Shown in pieces: positions 37,001 through 49,000 of a DNA stretch of 64,000 nt; the first letter of the stretch is position 1; every line of letters begins with the position of its first letter. Location: NCBI GenBank assembly GCA_965202585.1, contig OZ241829.1, positions 15,314,001-15,378,000 on the forward strand, written 5' to 3'. Source of the DNA: Thalia democratica (lineage: Eukaryota). The position numbers were made by a program, and so were the translations under genes. The notes under the pieces were generated by a model that was given only the letters and a program-made list of their open reading frames with translations, was not told where the DNA came from and ran no database searches.

Positions 37001-40000
37001 GGCGTGCTGGTCTTTGGTGTCCGTGTCCACCGACGGAACCTTCAGCTTCTCGGCTGCCGAGAACAAGTTGGTCGACTCCGTCTTCTGCTTCTCCGCTTCT
37101 TCCTTGATCATCACAGCCTGCTCTTCCAGCTCGCCTTTCAGTTTTCTTGCGACTGGAATCTTGCTTCTGTGGGTGAAAATGTACATGTATTAGTAAAAGA
37201 TATAAAAAAAGATATTCTAGTGCTTTGTTTAATTAAATTTTGCTATATTAATGCACTCTTAAGTATAGTTTATTAAGCGAAATATATTTGGTCCTAGGAC
37301 CTGTGGTACAAAAAAACCTTTTGGTTGTATTACAAAGGCATAGTTATAAACAACTATCTTTAACTATTAGTATCTTGTAAATTTCTATAAGTTTGCAATG
37401 AATAACATTAAAAAACTAAATAAATGTTCAAAGTAATTTTTACGTGTGAATTGATTGCCAGTGTTAAGTATTTAAATTTATAAAAATATGGAATTAATGA
37501 CAATATCTTTAACATGCAAGTAAACTGTTTTAAAGTTTCAATTATCAGTTAAAAGAAAAATATAAGTTGTATAGCAAAAACTTTTTTGTTTACCATTTTA
37601 AAATAGAATGTTATAAAAAAAATTGTAAGATAGTATTGATACTCAGTAAAACTCGTTAAAATATTTATTAAGAAATTAAAATGAATTGAAAACTTTTAAA
37701 AGAGAACAAAATTGCACCGTATGAATAAAGTTTCAATACACCTACAGAGGAACACATAAAGAATATTAATAAAAAAAAAGAGTAATATGGAACAACGCCA
37801 TCTAGCAGAGAGTTTGTAAGTCGGACGCAATCATGAAGTTCATGATGACGTTATAAAGACAAAAGTTCGGACCGCCCCCCACCAACAAAGTTGTGGCCCG
37901 CATAACAGAGGTTCGTCCGCGTCACGTGCTACCATAGCAACAAGAAAACGGGGCCCTGACAACGTACCTGTGGTCGAACCACGTTGAAATGTTTTGGGGA
38001 ATTTTGTACGGATAGTGGGGGTAGTGACACGCTTCGCTTGCGTTGTACGGCAGGATAGACCCGTTGCTATAACAACAGCTAAATAGTATCCGAACTCTTT
38101 TAAACTTGTTAAAACTTTAAGTCAAAATTTAAGAACAAAAAATTGAAAAATACCGATTGAAATTGAAAAAAAAGCTTATCTGCTATGGCTGTTTGTCTTA
38201 TTAATATGTAAAACTTAGTTTTAAAAATCATCTGCAGCTCTTAAACCATTACTTATTGTGGTTAAAATTATACAAAAAAAATTACATTACTAGCTTTTGC
38301 CTAATAAAAACAGCAAGCTTTTATAAAATAAACAAACTATAAACTGGAAATTAAAGCAAACACAATTTTTTTTTTTGCAAAACTAACTCGGCATCTTCAG
38401 ACTCGCTCAGCTTCAGCAGCAGGTTGTTCAGGACGTCCAACGCCTCCTCGATCGAGTCCTTCGCCTTCTGGGAGTTGTCGAGGGCCTGCTGCGCCGTCTG
38501 GCTGGCCAGCTCCGACTCGTTGACGACCCTGACGGCCAGCTCTTCCGCCAACTCCGCCAGCTCCGTCATGTTCTCGTGCTTGTGCTTCTGCTGGTCGGCG
38601 ATCTCCTTCGCCACGCCCAGGTCGAACCTGGCCTGCTCCAGCTTCTTGTTGGCCCGCTCCAGGGCGCTGCTGATCTCAGCGGCGGCGTTCGCGTTCTGCA
38701 CCGTCTTGTCGTCGGCGTCGGCCACCTTCTCCGCGCACTCCTCCACGTCCTTCTCGATCAGCGACAGCTTCTTGAACACCTTGTGCAGCTCGTCCGACAC
38801 CCGGTCGATCGAGTCGCGCAGCTCGGCCTGCCTCTCTGTGTGACGTCACAACAATAAAGTTTTTGCGTGGAAGTTTTCGACACGCTCTGGTGGGTGCGTG
38901 AGTTAGAATTAGAAAAAAATGTTGCGTTTCGTTGTAAAGTCTGCGATTTAGTTGGCACAGAATGAAAAAGTAATATAAGCTCGTTTAGAATGGAATGAAA
39001 GGAATTTTGAAAGGCTGAAGTATTTTAATTGTACGTCTTCGTTAAAATAAAGGGTTACGTTACAGTTTTTGCGTAGGAATACTTAAAAAAAGTATTTGTG
39101 CAAACAAGCATTACTTGGGTGATATAAAAAGAACTAGTTTTAAAAACGTACCACTGGATTAATTAATTTCTAAAATTTTACTTAACTATTAAGTTAGTAA
39201 TAAACTTCAATACTTCTAAAATCAAAAATTAAATTATAAAATTTCTATAAAAAGTTAAAAAAAATTGAAACATGTGCTTAGACAAAAATGTTTGAGGGTA
39301 ATTCAAAGTTTGTTGTTATATTCTTTCAAAATGACAATTAAGTTTATATTAACTGCTGTTATGTTATTTAGAAATGACAATTAAATCTCACCAGAGTTCT
39401 CGTTGGCGCTCAGCAGCAGATCGGCGACGGTGGAGTTGAGAGCTCGGAGCTGATCCTCGAACTCCTTGTTGGACCCGTCCTCGCCGACGGCCACCGTCTG
39501 GTTGCCCACGTCGCTGACTATCTGCTCCAGCTTGGCCAGGGCGGTCCTGTGCTCGTCCACGGAGTTCTGGACCAGTCCGTAGCACGCCGGGCACTCTGCG
39601 ATTAATGTGGTTTGATAAATAATGATTGTGTCATTTTGTCAACTTGTGTATTTTAGAGTGTTTTTCAGGTTAAGTATTTATTGCTAAAATTCTGTGAAAA
39701 AAAATAGTTATACTAGCTTTTTTTTTATGTTATCTGAAACTTTAAATTTTCGTTGTGTTTGTTTTATTGTTTTAAAAGTGTCTTAAAAACTTGTATATTG
39801 AGAGCACATATGAAAAGATTTTGTTTGATATTTGAAGTATATAAATCTGTCAGTAAATTTATACACCATAATAAATATTTACACTATTAAACCAAGTTCC
39901 AAACGCTGCATTAAATGCCTTCAATAACGAATGATCTAATTTATTAATGAAAAATACTTCATAAAATTAATTTAGATTAAGTAACAAGTTTCCGCTTGAG

Positions 40001-43000
40001 TATTTACTGACAAAGTCGTATAAATCCCTTTCACTTATGCTCAGTTTATTGCTTTTTGTTCGAAACCACGACCTTTTCGTGAATTTCCCAATGGACCTCA
40101 GTCACGCAATTGTGAGCGCGATATTAGTTTTTACTTTTTACCACTTCCTTAAGTTTGTTTACACATTTTTAATAAACACTAAGTGACGTAGCAATTATAA
40201 TCAGTATTGTTATTAAGTATTAAATAGTTGTCAGTTATTTTTATTATAATATGTTTTACTTATAAAAGTATCTGATGAATAAATGATATTAGATATCTTG
40301 CAGTGTTATTTTGATAGAAAAATAAGGCTGCAAGAATCTTTTAAAGTTTATCTTAGTTGTTTAATTTTGCTTTAAATAACTTCTAGCCAGGGGTTTAAGC
40401 TTTTATACTATATTATAACTATAAATTTAATTTAACTGAAACATTTATATTATTAAGCAGTAATTCCAAATTTGACGTGACACTTTGTACAATAGGAATA
40501 TTTTTTTTGTCCAGGAATATCATGTCATAAAAAGGTCAGCCAAACTCGTTTTTTATCCTTAATCTAATTCCAATTTACACCTATTGAAAGTTTTTGTACA
40601 AAGAAAGTATCTTATCTGAAAAAAAAACTGTAAATACTTCATTATACTAGTATTATTTTCAGCTTTCTTTATATCCATTGTAATCTTTTTTATTCTCTGT
40701 GTATTAAAAGATTGGCAAATTGTTCCTGTAACCTTTTGGAATTTCTACATGATTAGCAATTGAAAAATTAAAAGATCTTTTTTGTAATACATAATTGGAA
40801 ACAGCTTTTAGACTTTAGTTTGATACTAAAGTATTTGTAATGTTTTGTTACATTTATTGAAAAAAAAGTATATTTAAAAGTAATGCGTTTATCGGATATA
40901 ACTTATAAGGAAAAAAAACAGTTTGTTTTATGTTTTCGTTTATTCTTAAAAAATATATACTAATAAATATAAAAGTTGATATAAAGCACTGCTTTTTGCT
41001 TCAATTTTTTAAACATTCTTAATAGCTAAACTTTTCTTCATACTGATGAATTTTTGTTTTCTGATTTTTTTTATTAATTCAACTTACCAACGCATCCAGC
41101 CTTGATGTTGTGGTAGTTTTCTTGGCACATGTCGCACTTTAGTCCGAGGACGCCTTCCTTGCACATGCACTTGCCGTTTTCGCCGCATTGCAGGGACACG
41201 CTGCCGTCAGGATCACAATCACATGCTGCGTTTTTATTATCAAGTTAGAAAATTACAATTAAAACAAATTTTTAATTACATATGCAATAACTAAAGTAAC
41301 GAAATGTATAAATTGAAAAGATGTGTTTTATGCTTTAAAATAGCGACTTAAAATTTTTATGTGAACTTTGGTTTCGAAAACTAAAAGTTATTTCATCACT
41401 AATAAAAAAAAAGATTTTTAAACAAACATTTGCATCCGTTGCCGTCCATTCCGTAGTGGTTGTCAAGGCAACTGTCGCACTTGTCGCCCCCCACACCCGG
41501 CAGGCACGTGCACACCCCCGTGTCCTCGTCACACTTGCCCTCGTCGTCCGACCCCAACGGGTGGCACTGGCACGGCTGGCATCCGTCGCCCGACACCAGG
41601 TTCCAGTACCCGGGCTGGCACTGGTCGCACTTCTGACCTGTGACGTCATAACGCGTTACTTCGAAACGGTCGGCGCTTCCAGCTTTGTTGCGGTCGCCGT
41701 GGGAGCGAAAACAGTCCGGTCGCCTTTGAAGTTGGTGCGCAGCGGAGCGTGAGAAATTTGTTTGTCGTTTTAAGAAATTACTCCGTAAGAGCATTAGATT
41801 TAATTTTATATAATAATAAGTTAAGCACACTGGTATAATTCAATGCCTTTTTTTTTGAAAGCTTTGATGATAGCATTTGTAAAGTTAAAAAATAAGTTGA
41901 CATAAAGTATTAGTAATTCTTATTCTAAGGGAGTAAATAAGTCTCATATATATAAAAGTTGTTTACTCTGTTAAACAGATATATTCATTAAATGTTTTCA
42001 ACAGCTGTCAATTTAAACAAAAAAAAAAGTTATAACGTTAAACTTTTATAAAAAGTTTTAAGTTTTGTAGCTATTGTTGATTGAATTAAAAAAGCTTAAA
42101 AGCTAATTTGTAGAGATTTAGGTATTAAGTTTATTGCCTATTGCATACTGCAAGAAATATATAAAAAAAGCTTCAAATAATAAATAAAAATGCTTAGCTA
42201 ACAATTCTAATAATAAATTGTTTTATTTCAATGGTAGACATGAAAGCCTTGGCAAGAGACGAACGGAAAGATAAATTAGATTATCTTTAATTGATTAAGT
42301 AAATATGGGTTTGCTAATTTAATCTTTATTAGAATATACTGCTCATGACATAACGCGACACTAAGAAATTCACTAACTAATCCGGATTAAATTCAATATC
42401 ATCAAGTTTAATCAAGTTTTCTATTTATAGTAATGCACAACTAGATTTAAGCGATATTACAGCTTTGATAAAATTGATTTAAAGCTAAATTTATTTAAAG
42501 ATAAAGTTTCTTTCAAAACGTAAACACGTTTAAGCTACTAATATATATGCTAAATTGTATGAAATTTATATAGAGTATACAAAAGTGATTTGCCACTTAA
42601 TAAAAATTTTTTCAACTAAATAAATTGAATTATTTTTTCCTTTTTTCAACTAACCAATGACGAAAGGCTTGCAGTCGCAGTTTCCTGTCATTGGTTCGCA
42701 CAAGTCGGTTTCACGGCTTCCGATGGCATCACATTCGCAAGCTGTGAGTAAAAAATTAAATTTAATAAAAAAAACTATGAAGAAAGAAGATACATTTAAC
42801 AATTAACCGTTCCACCGATTACAACTGACAAACAGCAATCAATACTGCGCAAAGTTGCTTTCTAATTCTCTTTAATTCTGTTGACTGCAAACTGAACTTC
42901 AAAATAAGCTTTATGAAATCAGCTTAACCTTCAGGCTGTCAGCAAACTCTTTAATCAGCCAATCAACAGCAAACAAAAAACATTTAATGAGCTTTCAAGG

Positions 43001-46000
43001 TCACGGAACGACGTAATCCCGTAAATATCACCTGCAACAACGCGTGTTTACGAGCCGAAGAGCATTAAAAAGGTCGCATAGAAGCTGTATGGGATGATCC
43101 AAGTTGTGACTCATTTTCTCTTCTAATCTCAATCGGCGACTTCCTACGAGAGGACAGACGTAAACATTGTGTGAATGAAAACTTTGCGAGCTTCTTACTC
43201 ACAATCTCACGAGATTGTTCGTCGCTGCTGAGTCGCGCCTTTTGGACTTTCCATGGCAGTTGTCTCTTTTCTTCTCCAAGCCGGCCGTTAGTCCCATTCG
43301 AGCACTCGAGTTTGTTTTAGTTTCGCCGGCCGATTTTGTTGTTACAGCGGAAAATATGGAATTTTATTATACTTGATAAGAGCAACTTGAAGCCATAAGT
43401 GCTTTGTTTAAGCCGTCTTTGTAGCTTTTAAAGCCATAAGTAAACTTAAAGCGATCATATAGTTTTTTATATATTATCTTTCTTGACTAATTTTATTTAA
43501 GGCTGAAATTTTAAATTAAGTTAAGCACAAACTAATACTACATTTACACTTTAATATAAGGGGAATATTTCATCAAAAAACTAATTCAACTTTTATCTAA
43601 ACTTATTTAACTATTTAATTTTTAAGTAACTCACGCTGGCACCTCTCGTCTGGGTTATTGGTGACGGGTTTTCCCCAGTATCCCTCCAAGCAGCTGTCGC
43701 AGTGGAAGCCCGTGGTGTTGTGGACGCACTTGAGGCACTCCCCGGTGGTCGTGTTGCAGTTCATCACGTTGTTGTCGTCCACATTTCCGTTGCACATGCA
43801 CCTCTGGCACGGACCCCTGCCCCTCGGCTCCCCGAACCATCCGTCCTGGCAAATCTCGCACTGGCGTCCTGAGAAATGAGTAGATTAAGAATTATTTTAT
43901 AATCTACAGTACATTTACATAGTTTTGCTACATTAAAACTTTATGTATAAATTTTTACAGTTTTTCCCCCAAAATCTAACCATTTGTAGTTTGAACTCAT
44001 ATTCATACTATGTTTCTAAAGTTTTCAAGTACTTTGGTGAATCATATAGTATAAAAATTTTGACATTTTGTTATTTTGTCTTTGTTTACTTATATATATA
44101 TCAAAACTAAAGAAATGTACAAAAATCTCTTTAAACGTTATTCTCATTTATGTAAACTTGTTTTTAATCAAACAATAAATTGATTTTGTAGCTTTACTTA
44201 GTTATCTTGTATGTATAAAAACAAGTATTTTAGTTTTTTCGTTGATTTCAACAATAAAAATATTTGTTAAATATTGCAAATGTTTGACAACTAAGTATGA
44301 TCTAACACTAATTAGGTCATTCATGTTTAAGCTAACGTGTCAATGATTAGCACCACAGTAATCTCCAACTAATTATACTAGCTAATTTTACATATTCTTA
44401 ACCTACAGTTCGTTCAAAGCCTGTATTAACTAATTACCTTAATAAAACGTTTAAATTTGTTTTTTTTAACGCTTATGGTGTTTGAAAACTCCAGTGACAA
44501 CCGATGCTAATTAAGTTATTAATTTATTAAAACACAAGACCAAAGCCAATTCAAAGCTTGCATTAACTTGTATTAACACTTCATAACTGTTCAAACATTT
44601 TTGGCCATTAAAAGTGCCGGCACACCAGATACTTTCGCTGAATTCAAAAAGTAATTACAAAAGCTCGTCTTGTTTTACTCTGGCGGCTTGTATTGTCCGG
44701 CAGGGCGTGCTCTCCGTTTTAAATTAGCAGTCGCTTTCTCACTGAGAGGTGTCGTGTTTTACACCAAAGTTAAATTGGCAATTACGCCCGCTTCTGTTGC
44801 GTAAACACAAAAGTGTCATAAACTTTCATTGCTACAATTATTGGTTCTGATCGTTATCTGGATGTTCAATAAAAGCTTAATTTAGTTAATAAAGAAAATT
44901 AACCAAAAGTTTAAATGCTTAAGTAAGTCTTCTTATATGAACAACATCAGTTGGTTTAAAATAATAGTTGTTGTAACAAATTTTTACTTAACTATCACTT
45001 AATTTATTAAAAACATGTTTTTTGAACATAACAATTTTTTCAAAATATCAAGTTGTTTTTATTCTTCTTTAACTCCTTATACACAGACTGCAACGTGAAA
45101 AAAAAATAGCTAAATAAAAAAAAGAAGCCGAACGAATCATTTACTTTTCGCACTTTGAGTCGTCGCAATGAAATCACTCAAACGCGTCTTAACCTGTCAT
45201 CGTTGCCAGCCAGTTTCCATGACAACGCAAATGTGAGGCGCCAACCCTGCCAGGTATTATTGCGTCACACTGGTGAGAATTGCGCTTTTCTCACGTCTGT
45301 GAGTTCGAATTATTATTTATTAATTTTTCACCATGCTCTCATGTGGGTCACAACAATAACTCTGGAGCTGTTTATTTTGCAATGTAAACAATTGTGTCTG
45401 GAGAGATTTTCCTTCCACTTGTGTTCACCTGGCACTTATAGTTTTGTTTTATGAAGAGCCTTTGTTGTTCTAGTCTAATCTGTGCTTCGGTGAAGATTAA
45501 GGCAAATTGAAGAACAGCTTTTGTTTTTCTCAGTAAAGATTTTTAAAATTTGCTACCGTTTTCTTTTTCTTCTGGTTTACAAAAGCAAACTCGTGAAGAT
45601 ATTTGTTTTAGATAAATTAAAATAACAAAGTAGTATATACTTTTCCTGCATCGACAAAGTATAGAAAGCCTAGCTAATAGTACATCAAGACTTGTAGCAA
45701 CAACTTTAACTATTTTTTAAACAGTAATTAAAATAAATCATCATCCGGTTTTTGCACTTCAATCGTGTGTATTCAACCCTTAGACGTTTGAGGAAACGTT
45801 TTGAAAACTTTTTTATATTTTGAAAACAGACGTCTGCCACAACCTACCTCCATGCGCAAACAATAGACAAAAGAAAGTGAAAAAAAGAGAATTTGTTTAT
45901 TTAAAGTTCAAATTCTTGTTTGCCTGTGGAAACCGACGTATTTTACGACTGGCAAGGTTTAAATGGTTGATATTTGTTTGCAATTATATGTGTGGTAAAA

Positions 46001-49000
46001 TAGAGAAAAGTTTTTTTTGTAATGTTCAAAATTTAATTAAAATCTTTGATATTTACAACTAGTACTTAGTAAATAGCTATGTGAATAAATGTTCATGAAA
46101 GGAATAAAATCTAATAAAGTTCAGAGAAAAAAGAACAACTAATTCATAACTGTTTTTTTTCTTTGACCTTTTTTAGTTTTTACGAGCAGCATATAACAAA
46201 AATGTTATTTATTTTTATCTATGAAACATATTTTTGTGCCAGAAAAATGGTTGTAAAAAATACTTCAGTAAACATTTTATTTTAAGCTACACCTTATAAA
46301 CTTTTTCTAAGAAAGTTAATATACTCTTTTTTTTAATTGGCTACTTATATATATATATATAAGTATATGTTTAGTTTGGTAATTATTTTTCAGTTACAAG
46401 AAAAAAAAAAGGAAAAACTAGCATATTATACTCGACTGTAGCTGCAAATTCAACAGAAAAACAGTATGTAAAATTTAGCTTTCAGCGGTATAATTCAATA
46501 TTTTCAAGGCTTGGTAAGCACATAGCGTTCGGTTACTTTTGACAAGGATGTGCTTGCGGGAAAATATTCAAAGTATGCAGCAGCATCTATGCCCACGCAT
46601 AAGCCTTTGTCTTGTAATAATGTCTGCTTTGAATTTATTTCATGTGAACTTAAATTAAACAAATTAACCTTAACTATCACTTTAAAACAAGTTGCGAAAG
46701 GATTATTTTCTTTTTTTAGAAGCAAAAATTTTTAAAATACACGAGTCACCTAAAGTTTAATTTAATCAAGTTTTCTTATATAATGATTTTAAGTTTTTTA
46801 TTTTTATTTTAAACCTTTTGTAAACTTCGTACTTACAGTGAAAATTAGAAGATTTTTTCACCGCAACAAAGAGAACTTTCAAATTGAAAATTCAAGCTAC
46901 AGTGGTATTGAATGTGGAAGAGGCGAACGATTTGCATAAATCACTTTTATTAGGTTTGATTTTGTAAGAATGGGAAAAGTTACGACCGCACAAAGACAAC
47001 GAGGCTTAATCTGAATTGTGCAGAAACACAAAGGGGAAGGCAGTCGGGTGTGACTGCAAACGAAAACTTTCTTACCTTAGTTATTTAGTTCGCCTATACC
47101 GTAATACTAATAAGTGACTGAGAAATTAAATGATGATAAAGTTGTTTTTAAATTCAGTTATTTTTTTAACCAAAGTAAACTTTAACTTTTATTCTTACCA
47201 AAAATTTACTTTAAAGCTTAAACTTAAAAGTTTAAGTTTTGATATTAAAAAACTAGCACTTAAAAACCGAATATAAAAAGATAAACTTATCATTCATTAC
47301 TAAATAAAACAAACGACTTTAAATAAATGCTCTAAACATTTTACACTGACCAGCATATCCTTCCGGACAGTTGACACAAACGACCTCGTCCGAGCCCTCT
47401 ATCATCGCGCACCCCGACTTTTCTGGGCACGGGCACGGCTGGCACTGCTGGGGGGTTCCCCTTCTCTTCTCGTCCCCGTTGAAGTAGAACCCCTCGGCGC
47501 ACATGTCGCAGTGGTCGCCCACCGTGTTGTGCATGCACTCACACACTCCTGTGTGAAAAAAATATTGTTATTTTTAACACAAGGTAGTTTTATACCAGGG
47601 TGAAAAATTTTAAAATTGATTTTAAACAAATAATTCTTAGTACTTGAGAAGAAAGTAGTTGATTTTTCTATATTTGTTTAAATTCTTTATTTAGTTCTTA
47701 TCTTAATAATTTTCAATTCTAAGTCGTAAATTTTTGTTTGTTTATTTAAGCTATTTTTCGTTAACAATAAAGGGTGAATCAGTACCAGCATTTGAAAAAA
47801 ACTAATTCATCTAAAGTGTGACGAACCAGTGACGGGGTCGCACATGTCCCCGTGGCCGTTGCAACTGCACGGGACGCACTTATCGAACAAGCTGCCGTTG
47901 GGCGGGTCCCTCGTGAACCCCTCCTGGCACGAGTTCATCGAACCCTTGTACCCGTTAGCTTCGCAAACCTCGACCCAATCGGCAACCTCGCCTTCGTCGC
48001 CTTCGACCGCCGTCTCCAACCTGACGTTGTCCAAGTGAACCCGTGCTGAAATATTATTTTATTTACCAAAAGAATAATGTGCTGCAATTCTTAATTTAAA
48101 ATGTAACTTCTGTTTTACTTTTAGGTAAAGGTCTAACTTTAAGTAAAGCTGAGAAGTACGTATTATGACTGAAAAATATCAAAACAGTCCTCTAATGATT
48201 AAAAATGACTTAAAATAAATTTAATAACCATACAGTAAACCAAGATAACACAAACTAATTCAAGAGGAAATCTGAACTTATCTCAACCATAAACGTCTTT
48301 ATCACGATGGTAATAAATTAGGCTTACAAAGTGCAAGCATGTAAAACGATATACTTTTGAAAATTCCCACGGTCGGCAGTACAAACTGTGGCGCATGCTA
48401 ATTAGGCTGAACGCACTCGAGATTTCACTTGACATGACGTGCCTTCACACTACATTACACAATGAACCGGCTGGATTGTTAAATAAACACTGCACCGGTG
48501 TGTATTAAACGTCAAAGAGGTCAACAGTTTGTTTGTGTTTTGATTGTTGTAAGTCAAAACGCATATGTGTTGAGTACTTATTTGGTTTTGGAAGTATTAA
48601 CAGTCCAAAAATAACAACAAATGTGTTTTCTTTTAGTTTTTTAAGAACATTTCAAAGCTAAATACACTTTGCAAGATTATGTGCGTTAACGTGTTAATAT
48701 GATTATACTGTTACTATACATCTTATTATGTGACACTAAATGGTGATTAATTAGTTGAAAAACTCATACTAATTCTACACACTTACTTCCTTGCGCGTAG
48801 CTGGACCTTATCTTGAGGGCGGTGAGCTGGAACAGCATCTTCTGGAACTCGAACGCGGATATCTGGGGCGTGAACTCGTTGGCTTCGTGCAGCATGAACC
48901 TGAACGTCTGCCACCTGTAGTTCGGCTCGGGATTTCCCTACATTGAAATTTCAGTTTTGAAATAAATAATGCTAAACTTCGTCTATACTGGTCTTACTTA

